DNA of 63,708 bases, counting the filler, from Octopus bimaculoides (lineage: Eukaryota), in assembly GCF_001194135.2 (NCBI RefSeq). It is 10 parts of 7 records of this genome, joined end to end, with 100 filler letters (N's around TTAATTAATTAA, not from the genome) between each part and the next. Parts side by side here need not be neighbours in the genome. Positions count along the whole stretch, not along the records: positions 39,866 to 42,293 come from NC_068989.1; positions 42,394 to 44,309 come from NC_068991.1; positions 44,410 to 47,292 come from NC_068993.1; positions 47,393 to 50,437 come from NC_068989.1; positions 50,538 to 52,296 come from NC_069001.1; positions 52,397 to 57,985 come from NC_069003.1; 4 more parts are not named here. The stretch is one strand, 5' to 3'. The translations under genes were made by a program, and so were the position numbers. Shown piece after piece: positions 40,315 to 52,807 of this stretch; position 1 is the first letter of the stretch, and every line of letters starts with the position of its first letter. The notes under the pieces were generated by a model, which did not search any database, was not told the origin of the DNA, and saw only the letters and a list, made by a program, of their open reading frames with translations.

Positions 40315-40879
40315 GATTTTTGTACTCTTTGTAATGTGGTAAAAATTATTGCTTGCTTTCGTACTTTTCTTGTACTTTAATATTTGTATCCTCGGCATTT
40401 TTATTGTACTTTCTGCAATGTAGGAAAAATTGTCTACTTTTGTACTTTTTGAACTTTTGTACTCTTAGCCCTTTATATTGTACTCTTCGTCGTGTAGGAA
40501 AAATTGTTGTTTACTTCTGTACTTTTTTAATATTTGTACTCTTGGCCCTTTATATTGTACTTTTTGTAATGTATGAAAAATCGTTTACTTTTGTACTTCT
40601 TGAACTTTTGTGCTCGTAGCTCTTCATATTGTACTCTTCATATTGTACTCTTCATAATGTGGGGAAAACTGTTGTTTGCTTTTGTACTCTTTTAATATAT
40701 AGGCGTAGGAGTGGCTGTGTGCTAAGTAGCATGCTTACGATCCGCATGGTTCCGGGTTCAGTCCCACTGCGTGGCACCTTGGGCAAGTGTCTTCTACTAT
40801 AGCCTCGGGCCGACCAAGGCCTTGTGACTGAATTTGGTAGACGGAAACTGAAAGAAGCCCGTCGTATATATGTATATAC

Positions 40880-40913
<34 letters not shown>

Positions 40914-41230
40914 TTGTGTTTGTCCCACCAACATCGCTTGACAACCGATGCTGGTGTGTTTACGTCTCCGTAACTTAACGGTTCGGCAAAACAGACCGAT
41001 AGAATAAGTACTAGGCGCACAAAGAATAAGTCCTGGGGTTGATTAGCTCGACTAAAAAGGCGGTGCTCCAGCATGGCCACAGTCAAATGACTGAAACAAG
41101 TAAAAAAGAGTAAAACAAAAAAAGATATGTACTCTGGCCCTTTATATTGTACCTTTCGTAATGTGGGGAAAATTGTTGTTTATTCTTGTACTTTTCCTGT
41201 ACTTTTTGCCCTTTATATCGTACTTTAGAC
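40315..41230. repeat. Degenerate ~75-80 bp minisatellite built on TGTACT sub-repeats, interrupted by a SINE
   Basis: Recurrent TTGTACTCTT...CCCTTTATATTGTACT...AATGT(A/G)GGAAAAATTGT units on both sides of 40701-41110. Confidence 0.8.
40701..41110 (+). mobile_element. Full-length SINE family B
   Basis: AGGCGTAGGAGTGGCTGTGTG head, GGTTCAGTCCC B box, GGCACCTTGGGCAAGTGTCTT (CORE-like), internal (TA)(TG) tract, GAAACAAGTAAAAAAGAG tail. Confidence 0.92.
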
Positions 41231-41775
41231 GTCATCTGTACCCCTAGAATAACAAGTGGAGTCTACGACAGCAGGGATGCTGTTTATAACAGTTCTCATA
41301 GGCTTTCTTATCTTTTATTTTCGTCTTGTACNNNNNNNNNNNNNNNNNNNNNNNNNNNNNNNNNNNNNNNNNNNNNNNNNNNNNNNNNNNNNNNNNNNNN
41401 NNNNNNNNNNNNNNNNNNNNNNNNNNNNNNNNNNNNNNNNNNNNNNNNNNNNNNNNNNNNNNNNNNNNNNNNNNNNNNNNNNNNNNNNNNNNNNNNNNNN
41501 NNNNNNNNNNNNNNNNNNNNNNNNNNNNNNNNNNNNNNNNNNNNNNNNNNNNNNNNNNNNNNNNNNNNNNNNNNNNNNNNNNNNNNNNNNNNNNNNNNNN
41601 NNNNNNNNNNNNNNNNNNNNNNNNNNNNNNNNNNNNNNNNNNNNNNNNNNNNNNNNNNNNNNNNNNNNNNNNNNNNNNNNNNNNNNNNNNNNNNNNNNNN
41701 NNNNNNNNNNNNNNNNNNNNNNNNNNNNNNNNNNNNNNNNNNNNNNNNNNNNNNNNNNNNNNNNNNNNNNNNNNN

Positions 41776-41822
<47 letters not shown>

Positions 41823-42107
41823 CAAAGACAAAAAGGAAAGGAGAATACTCTAGTAGATATCGATGTAAATGCTTAAACTGTAACCTTGAGAAGTTATAAG
41901 AAGCTGACTCGTCTCGAAAAATAAGAAACACAAATAATTCCTTAATCAGTGTTGTACAATTCCATTCTATGAACGGGAAGAAATAAAAATATACATGATA
42001 CTATGAAAGTTTGGCTTGTAATTCTATCAGGTTGTTTGTTGTTGTCTGAATTTCAATGAAAAGAAGACGATAAAAGCAGCCTTTACGTTCTTGGGAGTTT
42101 GGAAAAT

Positions 42108-42111
42108 AATG

Positions 42112-42151
<40 letters not shown>

Positions 42152-42210
42152 CAATAATAATAATGATAATAATAATAACAATAATGATGATGATAATAAT
42201 AATAACAATA

Positions 42211-42259
<49 letters not shown>

Positions 42260-42293
42260 GGAGGAGGAGGAGGATGCTAATAATAATAATAAT
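42108..42293. repeat. Compound (TAA)n-(GAT)n-(GAG)n microsatellite
   Basis: Directly visible. Confidence 0.9.
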
Positions 42294-42806
42294 NNNNNNN
42301 NNNNNNNNNNNNNNNNNNNNNNNNNNNNNNNNNNNNNTTAATTAATTAANNNNNNNNNNNNNNNNNNNNNNNNNNNNNNNNNNNNNNNNNNNNATATATA
42401 TATATATATATACATATTCACACATAGATAGTTACATGCATGAATACATATATATACGTACATATCTATATATGAATGCATATATATACAAATAATAAAA
42501 GAAAAAATCGGAGATTGTGAAGTTAATAATCCTCATCCCTTACAGCTGTTTCAATTAATACTAAATAAAAGTTAATTAGTAAATTTATATCAGCTCGGCA
42601 CAATATCTTCAGAGGGAAAAAATATACCCTTGGATATTTTATAGGTACATTGTAGCAGACTCGTCTGCTATAAGGAATCTACAAAACAACCTATTATATA
42701 TACACTTGTTATTTTAAGGAAAATTAATTCCGTAAAAGTACTAGGTATTCAACCAGAATTTCCTCAGATGAAACCATCTTTATGAGGTTAACACAACCTT
42801 TAAACT

Positions 42807-42838
<32 letters not shown>

Positions 42839-43315
42839 NNNNNNNNNNNNNNNNNNNNNNNNNNNNNNNNNNNNNNNNNNNNNNNNNNNNNNNNNNNNNN
42901 NNNNNNNNNNNNNNNNNNNNNNNNNNNNNNNNNNNNNNNNNNNNNNNNNNNNNNNNNNNNNNNNNNNNNNNNNNNNNNNNNNNNNNNNNNNNNNNNNNNN
43001 NNNNNNNNNNNNNNNNNNNNNNNNNNNNNNNNNNNNNNNNNNNNNNNNNNNNNNNNNNNNNNNNNNNNNNNNNNNNNNNNNNNNNNNNNNNNNNNNNNNN
43101 NNNNNNNNNNNNNNNNNNNNNNNNNNNNNNNNNNNNNNNNNNNNNNNNNNNNNNNNNNNNNNNNNNNNNNNNNNNNNNNNNNNNNNNNNNNNNNNNNNNN
43201 NNNNNNNNNNNNNNNNNNNNNNNNNNNNNNNNNNNNNNNNNNNNNNNNNNNNNNNNNNNNNNNNNNNNNNNNNNNATACATAATTACATATATACATACA
43301 TGTACACATAATTAT

Positions 43316-43688
43316 ATGATGAGGGCCGTTCACTCGTGACCGAGGAAGACCATTGCTGACCTTTAGGAACATTGTGCGCTCTAAGACCAACTTATATTTT
43401 GCATTTGCGACTCCGTTGGTGGCTAATGAGCCCTTCTCTTGACAAGCATTCACGACTGCAAACATTTCAGACCAAGCTTCCCCATTCACTACACCAGCAC
43501 TGTGCTTTCGAGCAGCACGCTTAAGTTCTTCACGCTGAATACGTGCTCTCTCAAAAGTGTTGAGCCCCTCCTTAACTTGCTTCCTCCATCTGTGGCGATG
43601 ACAGGCATTGTTCTCCTAGTCAGTCTCCTGCATATCACAGTCCTTTAATGAGGACTTGACACGGTCCTTAAATCGCAGCCTTGGTTTC
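43316..43688 (-). mobile_element. 3' end of the same RTE family as 31284-31783 (uninverted)
   Basis: KPRLRFKDRVKSSLK...EELKRAARK...; 3' UTR GAGCGCACAATGTTCCT...CTTCCTCGGTCACGAGTG-ACGGCC-(CAT). Confidence 0.88.
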
Positions 43689-44206
43689 AAATCATTATGA
43701 AAGTAGAACAACTCCAGAAGTCAATGACAAGAAAGATAGACGGCATAAGAGGCATTGATTATCGGGGTCGACTAAAACAACTCAACCGCTACTCTCTCCA
43801 ACGCCGCCGGGGGTGCTACATCATTTCTGTTATGCGGAAAATATTCCATCAATATTACACAAATGATGTTGGCATCAATTTCCGCCCACTACAAAAATCG
43901 AACTCGATACACTTAGCAACATTACGTCACAATTACTTTGCCTCAACTGGTCCAGCTCTTTTTAATACCATACCAAAATACGTCAAAACGGAGACGGATC
44001 CCATAAAATTCAAATGTTCACTGGACAAATTTCTTCAAAAAATCCCCGACCAAACTCCTACACCCAGATATGTCTCCAACAAGAATAACCCTTTGCTAGA
44101 CTGGGCTATGGTACCCTATATATGACTAAAATACTTCACCAGATGTTGCTATTGAGTTAGACATGGCCTGGGCCTATACTGGCCGAAAACTATCAAAGTC
44201 ATCACA

Positions 44207-44210
<4 letters not shown>
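43689..44210 (+). mobile_element. CR1-type LINE 3' end
   Basis: VEQLQKSMTRKIDGIRGIDYRGRLKQLNRYSLQRRR...GPALFNTIP...FKCSLDKFLQKIPDQ. Confidence 0.8.
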
Positions 44211-44246
<36 letters not shown>

Positions 44247-44247
44247 A

Positions 44248-44284
<37 letters not shown>

Positions 44285-44506
44285 TTCATCCCATAAGTTC
44301 TGTCCCATTNNNNNNNNNNNNNNNNNNNNNNNNNNNNNNNNNNNNNNNNNNNNTTAATTAATTAANNNNNNNNNNNNNNNNNNNNNNNNNNNNNNNNNNN
44401 NNNNNNNNNATGCATATATGTATGTGTATATATGCATGACAGTATACTTACGTTTGAATGTGTATGTATGCAAGTATGTGCACATATATGTACGTATATA
44501 AGTATA

Positions 44507-44539
<33 letters not shown>

Positions 44540-45341
44540 GTCTATATGTGTGTGTACATATATATTTATGTACGCGTGTGTATAAGTATATGCATGTAAA
44601 TATACGTCTGTGCTTGTGTATGTATATATATATGTACGTATGTATGTCGATATGTATGTCCGTATGAAGATCGTTATTGCTGTCTTTGGTTCTGTCTGTT
44701 TCTTTGTTGTTGTATTTTTGTTTGTTTCTTTTCTTCTCTTTTTCTCTTTTTCTTTTTGTTTCCGTTTCTATTTTATTCAATATAGTGACAATGCGTCGCG
44801 TTGAAACTTAATCACTTGTGAAAAATAGAAGAAAATGAATTGAACAAGAAGGAATAACTTCAATATTGAGACTACACAGCAAATAACATAAATTCGATTC
44901 TTTGCTTCAAAGCAAACGGTGATGTCTATATTATCTGGAAATTTCGAGAAACATTTCTCTGCTACTTTCCTATAGATCTGTCACTCCCTCCCTCTCCATC
45001 CACTTCTTACTCTCTCTCACTCTCTCCTTTTCTTCCTCTCTCTCATTCTCTTCTTCTTTATCTCTCTCTCCTACATTTGGTGTGCCGCTCTCTTTCTCTG
45101 TTTCTCTCTCCCTGTAACTATGTATGCGTATGTATATACATATATANNNNNNNNNNNNNNNNNNNNNNNNNNNNNNNNNNNNNNNNNNNNNNNNNNNNNN
45201 NNNNNNNNNNNNNNNNNNNNNNNNNNNNNNNNNNNNNNNNNNNNNNGTGTGTGTGCATGTGTGTGTGTGCGTATGTATATACGTATGTATGTATTAGTAT
45301 GTGTTTTAATATACGTTTGACTGTTTTTATATATACACTTA

Positions 45342-45564
45342 CTTATTCTTTTTACTTGTTTCATTCATTTGACTGCGGCCATTCTGGAGCACAGCCATTA
45401 GTCGAGCAAATCAACCCCAGGACTTATTCTTTGTAAGCCAAGTACTTCTTTTATCGGAGTTTTTTGCCGAACCGCTAGGATACAGGGACGTAAATACGAC
45501 AACATCGGTCTCAAGCGATGGTAGTGGGGGGGGGCAAACATAGACACACAAATACATACATACA

Positions 45565-45598
<34 letters not shown>

Positions 45599-45763
45599 CA
45601 TACATACATATATATACGACGGGCATCTTTCAGTTTCCGTCTACCAAATCCACTCACACGGCGTTGGTCGGCCCGAGGCTCTAGAAGGCACTTGCCGAAG
45701 ATGCCGCGGAGTGGGACTGAACTTGGAACCATACAGCGGAGAAGCAAGCTTCTTACCGCAGCC
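45342..45763 (-). mobile_element. SINE family B with expanded internal (TACA)n
   Basis: Matches the family B consensus; the head runs into the gap. Confidence 0.88.
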
Positions 45764-46964
45764 NNNNNNNNNNNNNNNNNNNNNNNNNNNNNNNNNNNNN
45801 NNNNNNNNNNNNNNNNNNNNNNNNNNNNNNNNNNNNNNNNNNNNNNNNNNNNNNNNNNNNNNNNNNNNNNNNNNNNNNNNNNNNNNNNNNNNNNNNNNNN
45901 NNNNNNNNNNNNNNNNNNNNNNNNNNNNNNNNNNNNNNNNNNNNNNNNNNNNNNNNNNNNNNNNNNNNNNNNNNNNNNNNNNNNNNNNNNNNNNNNNNNN
46001 NNNNNNNNNNNNNNNNNNNNNNNNNNNNNNNNNNNNNNNNNNNNNNNNNNNNNNNNNNNNNNNNNNNNNNNNNNNNNNNNNNNNNNNNNNNNNNNNNNNN
46101 NNNNNNNNNNNNNNNNNNNNNNNNNNNNNNNNNNNNNNNNNNNNNNNNNNNNNNNNNNNNNNNNNNNNNNNNNNNNNNNNNNNNNNNNNNNNNNNNNNNN
46201 NNNNNNNNNNNNNNNNNNNNNNNNNNNNNNNNNNNNNNNNNNNNNNNNNNNNNNNNNNNNNNNNNNNNNNNNNNNNNNNNNNNNNNNNNNNNNNCTGTAC
46301 CCAGATATGCACCTATACATACAGGTGGATGTCGGTATGCACATACCTGTACGTATATATGCATATACTCATTTACTATTTGTATATATATATATATATC
46401 AGCAACAGTTTGTCGTTGGAAAAAAACACATAGTATTTTGTGAGCTGAATGTGTTTTCATCACTAGCTGGTGATTAATACACGCTGAAGATAGGTAACCA
46501 CCCAGGAACTCGAGTCCGTGTGTATCACGTAAGGCTAGAGATGGGAGCGATGACCTCTCCTTGCAAACACTAATCGGACCCAAAATGTGTGTCGTTAGCC
46601 AGCTGGAGGAGATATCTTCTTGGGACTATAAATGTCAGTTGCACTGTCCTGTATGGGACGCCAAATACCTTCGCTGTCTCAATTTATAACAATCACCAAT
46701 TACGTCCCCTTGGATTTTTCTATATGCTGGTTCATTTACAAGCAACATGGACTAAAAACTCCTTAAAATAATATGAAATTGCAATATTTTCACCAATTTC
46801 TCAGTCATGATCAGCGAAACATGAAACCGGTCGATTTTCATAATATCTTAAAGTATAGATTGTATGAATTTTCCTTCTTAAGTTATATACTTTTTCGCTT
46901 CAGCGCACCACGTGGGCAAAATCGCATCAACGAAATTCTCTACTATATATATATATATATATAT

Positions 46965-47011
<47 letters not shown>

Positions 47012-47424
47012 TTATACATATATACATATATATTTATTTTTATATATGTGTGTGTGTGCATTTTAGCGTTGTGCCTGTGCCAAGCTTTTAACTGTATTCC
47101 AACTCATTTTACACGATATTAGCTTCTAATTTAAGATTAAAGTACATAATTATATTTAAAGATCACTGCTTTGATATACGTTTCGTGTATCATCATTTTC
47201 CTCTATGACTCACCACCAGAAATGTCCTCTAGAAGCTTATTATAGATAGCAGGAAGAATGCAATAAATCCAATAATGAAACCATGAGGGTTTNNNNNNNN
47301 NNNNNNNNNNNNNNNNNNNNNNNNNNNNNNNNNNNNTTAATTAATTAANNNNNNNNNNNNNNNNNNNNNNNNNNNNNNNNNNNNNNNNNNNNCATGTATT
47401 ATTATTATTATTATTATTATCATT

Positions 47425-47930
47425 GAGTGAAACAGGGGTAAAATATACGAAGCCCAAAATACCAATCATGACTGATGAAGATACACCAGGCATATGCATC
47501 ACAACCGTATGAGCGTAACATGGTGATCCCATATCAAGATAAACACCGCATGACTTGCAGTTAGAACTTTCTTCAGGTCGAGTAGCCCATCCCGCTCAAA
47601 AGGTCTCTGAAAAAGGGTTGCTTAAGGACGGTGAACAAAACACCCATGTTTCCAAAGATGAATCATCTAAAACCCAACGAATTCCTCTCAACACATGACT
47701 ATGATGCTCCCCCAATACTCTGCTCGTGATCAGAGATGCACATATCCTAAGCCGCCAAGAGACATGCTCAACTGGTTAAGGCTAAACAACTGACAAGCAA
47801 ATCTGTATGTTGAGCAGAATATTTGCTGTAGCCCGTCTTTTATACCAAGACAAAACAATGTATATGATAACATTTCCAATCAGTTAAGACCAGAAGACAT
47901 GAGAGCTACTGCCTGGTAAGGCATCAGGGC

Positions 47931-47934
<4 letters not shown>
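47425..47934. mobile_element. Second full copy of family F, again bracketed by (TTA)n
   Basis: Same termini (TTGAGTGA... / ...GGCATTTATT) as 7334-7866. Confidence 0.85.
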
Positions 47935-47993
<59 letters not shown>

Positions 47994-48374
47994 CATTATT
48001 ATTTTGGACGACGTAGCTTCCGTTACATAGAATGTTAAAACAATTTACGGCGCAATATATACCCTGCTATGCAATATATGGCAGCGAAATCCATGAGAAT
48101 GAAACATCCTTTCAAAATTCGCATATATATATATAAACATATATACATATATATACATACATATATATAAATATACACACATATATACATACATGCATAC
48201 ATACATACCTATATATATTTATATATAAATATATATATATATATATAAATATATATATATGCGTTTGTATGGTTATGTGAGTGTGTATGTGTGTGTTTGT
48301 ATGTGCGTGTGCGTGTAAGTGCGTTTGAGTCTGTGTATATATACAAATATATAGACGATCAATTCCGCAGAGTA

Positions 48375-48499
48375 AAGAATGGCTATAAAAGGGACCAAGT
48401 TGTGCAAATATGGAGATAATTATGCGGATCTGTTTCATTTATTCATCCGCATAATTGCCTCCATATTTGCTTAACTTAATCCCCCTTACAGCCATTCTT
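48375..48499. repeat. Long inverted repeat: 55-nt arms, 15-nt loop (hairpin MITE or structured RNA)
   Basis: Arms 48375-48429 and 48445-48499 are complementary at 46/55 positions by manual alignment. Confidence 0.9.
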
Positions 48500-48901
48500 A
48501 TAGAAATGTATATATATATCTTTGAATTATTGTATCGATTATGTTCTAGTGGATAATATATTGGTTTCATAATTTTTTTAGTTAGTTAACTCTATATATA
48601 ATTCTCAGTAGTTAATAGTCTTTTTTTTCATTAACTTATCTGTAAGTTGATTGTCTATTTTGTTTTGTATCGTCGGTAATTGTAAATATCGTTAACAGGT
48701 ATTTTTAAATTGAGAATTGTCATTTGAAGTAACGCTTAAGTGGATTTATATATTTTTCTGTTTTTGATCGGTGTGACGTTCGATTAATTTCTTTCTATCA
48801 TAATTTAATTGTTTGCTCCTTTCTGGACTATTGTAAAGGTCTTTATATTTTTGTTGCAGAAGCCATTCATTCCAATAATGAATTCCTGAGGAAAAGTCTA
48901 A

Positions 48902-49276
48902 TTTGTGGCACTCCGTCGCTTATGACGTCGAGGGTTCCAGTTCATCCGATCAACGGAACAGCCTGCTCGTGAAATTAACGTGCAAGTGTCTGAGCACTCC
49001 ACAGACACGTGTACCCTTAACGTAGTTCTCGGGGATATTCAGCGTGACACAGTGTGACAAGGCTGACCCGTTGAATTACAGGAACACCAGAAACAGGAAG
49101 TAAGAGTGAGAGAAAGTTGTGGTGATAGAGTACAGCAGAGTTCGCCACCATCCCGTGCCGGAGCCTCATGGAGCTTTAAGTGTTTTTGCTCAATAAACAC
49201 TCACAACGCCCGGTCTGGGAATCGAAACCGCGATCCTATGACCGCGAGTCCGCTGCCCTAACCACTGGGCCATTGC
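48902..49276 (-). mobile_element. SINE family A (head runs into gap)
   Basis: Near-identical to the 29072-29455 copy. Confidence 0.9.
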
Positions 49277-49384
49277 NNNNNNNNNNNNNNNNNNNNNNNN
49301 NNNNNNNNNNNNNNNNNNNNNNNNNNNNNNNNNNNNNNNNNNNNNNNNNNNNNNNNNNNNNNNNNNNNNNNNNNNNNNNNNNNN

Positions 49385-49417
<33 letters not shown>

Positions 49418-49950
49418 TTGTATTGCAGGAGGTCACTTTTTGCCAAATAAACACACACACACACACTATATATTAGTTATCTATTCATTTACTACTCTTC
49501 TTATTCTAACTCTGCTTGAGCAGAACATAGTGACTCAGTGAATGGCATAGAAGTTAAGGTATTATCAATGCAAATAAATGACACAACACTTAGACAGGTC
49601 ACAGAGGTTACACATACAGCAACAAGCAGGCCAAGCCTCAACAGAGAACACGAATGGGACAATAACACTCACCACCACACCAAACAACATGACCGCTATA
49701 GATAGAAGGGAGGGAAAAAATAAACAGATACAGTTTAATACATACACAATAGACAAATATGCACATACTTATGATGAACATCAGAAATAGAGGTAGAAAA
49801 AAAAACAGGGCATGGATACAAACAACATAGGAAGCGAACCCATATACACACACACACATCATACAGTAATACAATTCTATATTTAAGAGATGAGGAATTA
49901 TGTACATTATTTACATTTGATGGGTATTTGCCTCATCTTGTTTGTTGTTA

Positions 49951-49994
49951 ACACAACGTTTCGCCTGATATACCCTCCAGCCTTCATCAGGTGT
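49951..49994 (-). ncRNA. Minimal type I hammerhead ribozyme-like motif within a ~170-bp non-coding repeat-like segment (~49880-50045)
   Basis: Minus strand: ACAC-CTGATGA-A-GGCTG-GAGGGTATAT-CAGGC-GAAA-CGTT-GTGT. Confidence 0.65.
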
Positions 49995-50091
49995 CTTGGG
50001 GGAAATTTCGAACCTGGGTTAACATTCATAAGGTATTTTTCGATGTTGTTGTTGTTGTTGTTGTTGTTGTTATTATTATTATTATTATTAT

Positions 50092-50437
50092 TTTATGTTT
50101 GACTTTTGTTTTGCATTTGTACAAGTTGGATCCAAGTCTCACCCAGAGACCTCAAGAGACAACAAGTTAGAAGTTCATGTAGGTGTTATGCCTAGGGTAC
50201 CATATATTTGGATTTGTACAGTTTTGTTCAAGTGAATGTTTAAGAAACCATAAGAAAATTATGTTTGCTTTAAAATTTGAGATCACATAGACAGTATTTT
50301 ACGTAGGATATGGGCAGTTCCCATGAGCACTATCTTTTGGACTTCAGCCATTTTGGGGTTTCCTGGTATCTGAGCTAGGTAGTAATCAGCCCGTTTCGCT
50401 GTCATTCCCAGGGCACCTATGACAATAGGTATTGTTT
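50092..50437 (-). mobile_element. 3' end of R4/Dong-like LINE (same family as 7968-9375) with (TAA)n tail
   Basis: TIPIVIGALGM...IPGNPKMAEVQKIVLMGTAHILRKILSM*, then a 3' UTR matching 9231-9375, then (TAA)n(AAC)n. Confidence 0.9.
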
Positions 50438-50537
50438 NNNNNNNNNNNNNNNNNNNNNNNNNNNNNNNNNNNNNNNNNNNNTTAATTAATTAANNNNNNN
50501 NNNNNNNNNNNNNNNNNNNNNNNNNNNNNNNNNNNNN

Positions 50538-50628
<91 letters not shown>

Positions 50629-50755
50629 ATACATAAACAGATGTACAGATGTGTGTAAATATATACATATATAAATACAGAAGCAAATAGAAGCACATCG
50701 ATACACATGCACCTATATATATTAATATCTACACACACACACATACACACACACA

Positions 50756-50844
<89 letters not shown>

Positions 50845-51403
50845 CAACTTAACAGGATGGTTTATCGATAACAATACGCCTCCTAATACTTTTTTCCCTC
50901 TCATACATTTGATAAAGGGACGCTTTCCCGAAATATATTAGAAGCACCTATTCAGCATAAAACAGTATTCTGTTTTTGACCTTGTTTATCGGCATCACCT
51001 TATGTACTTGCTTAATTTCTCACCTACCTTGGCTGTATGTCAAAATGTAGACATATATACGTCACTAATGTAGACGAGGGCACCACTAGGCACCAGTGTT
51101 TCTAGAAATAAGAGTAAAAACAACTCCATAGCCAAAAACGAGCTTGCATTAAGACTGTGCTTTCGTGGCTATTGAGTTGTCTTTGACGCTTATTTCTAGC
51201 AATATCGGTGCTTATTAGTCCCCTTCTACACATTAGTCAAAAATATAGTTCTGCTTTTAAGTTATAAAACTGTGAATTAGCCACCCACATTACATATATA
51301 TATAGAGAGAGAGGGGGAGGGAGGGAGAGAGAGAAAGAGAGAGAGCGAGAGAGGGAGATAGATAGATTGATAGATAGATAGATAAATAGAGACAGAAAGA
51401 TAG

Positions 51404-51526
<123 letters not shown>

Positions 51527-52052
51527 TGATTCCTTTAAAACTTGCCAATTGACATTTATAATGCTTTCAATGATAGATAATATTGTTAATTCCACTTGTG
51601 CATAAAGCGCATTTGAATTGACAGGGTACACAGACCTACCCGAGAAAGCATAATCGAGAAAAATGAGTGAAAGTTGTTTTACATCAAGAATTTTAGGACA
51701 GAAAAGTAGGAAACGAACAAGGATATAGGAAACGATCGTTTTTCGATTCGGACGAAAAAGAGAAACAGATTGCATCATGGGAAGATGAATCTCTAGAAAT
51801 AGATACTAAAAGATCTTTCTTCATTAAATCTTAAGCGTAGTAGAGACAAACGCATACATGTGAGCGTGAACAAACATGTGCGTATATATATATATATATA
51901 TATATATATACGAAACCGGTATGCTTTTGAATCTCTTTGACAACTCACAATAATGACTTTTATTACCTTCATTCCTACTTCAGTTCATCTAATTTTATAT
52001 ATCTATCGTTTCTTATCATAAAAGGGCTTTACTTATATATATATTCTTTTAG

Positions 52053-52296
52053 TCTTTTTCTTGCTTCAGTGATTTAATTGCAGCCATGATGGGGCACCGC
52101 CTTACAGGGTTCTAGTCAAACAAATCGACCCTGGGACTTTTTGTAAACCTAGTATTTATTCTATCGTTTACTTTTGCCGAACCGCTAAGGTACGGGGACA
52201 TAGACACCAGGATTGGTTGTCAAGCGATGGGCCAGCATTGTCACACTCTTTGTCACGCTGAATCTCCCCGAGAACTACGTTAAGGGTATAGATGTC
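52053..52296. mobile_element. SINE B 3' half (minus) fused to an internal SINE A fragment (plus)
   Basis: Family B sequence to CAAGCGATGG (52230), then GCCAGCATTGTCACACTC...CGAGAACTACGTTAAGGG of family A. Confidence 0.75.
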
Positions 52297-52396
52297 NNNN
52301 NNNNNNNNNNNNNNNNNNNNNNNNNNNNNNNNNNNNNNNNTTAATTAATTAANNNNNNNNNNNNNNNNNNNNNNNNNNNNNNNNNNNNNNNNNNNN

Positions 52397-52442
<46 letters not shown>

Positions 52443-52723
52443 AACACATATGTACACACATATGTCTGGCTCCCCCTCTGCCCCCCTCCCCTTCTGTATA
52501 TGTCATACACACATGCACTCACATACATGCACATATACATATATTTATACACATACACCACAGCAATACACATGTACATGTGGCATTAGCAAACATCCTT
52601 GTAAAAAAAAAAAGTGTATATATTCTCTGTAATATTTTCCAGAAATACCAATTTGCATATACCCACGCAGACATACGCACGCGCACACAAATGTATATAT
52701 ATACATATACATACACACATACA

Positions 52724-52757
<34 letters not shown>

Positions 52758-52807
52758 TATATTGGAGCATAGATATACAGACACACCCAAACACAAAGGA
52801 ACACCGT

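Noticed and set aside
46450-46950. Possible minus-strand Helitron (TCTATATATA start near 46965, CTAG near 46463)
   Set aside because: No subterminal GC hairpin at the expected distance from the CTAG, and the 5' motif is confounded with the (TA)n/(TAGA)n microsatellite.
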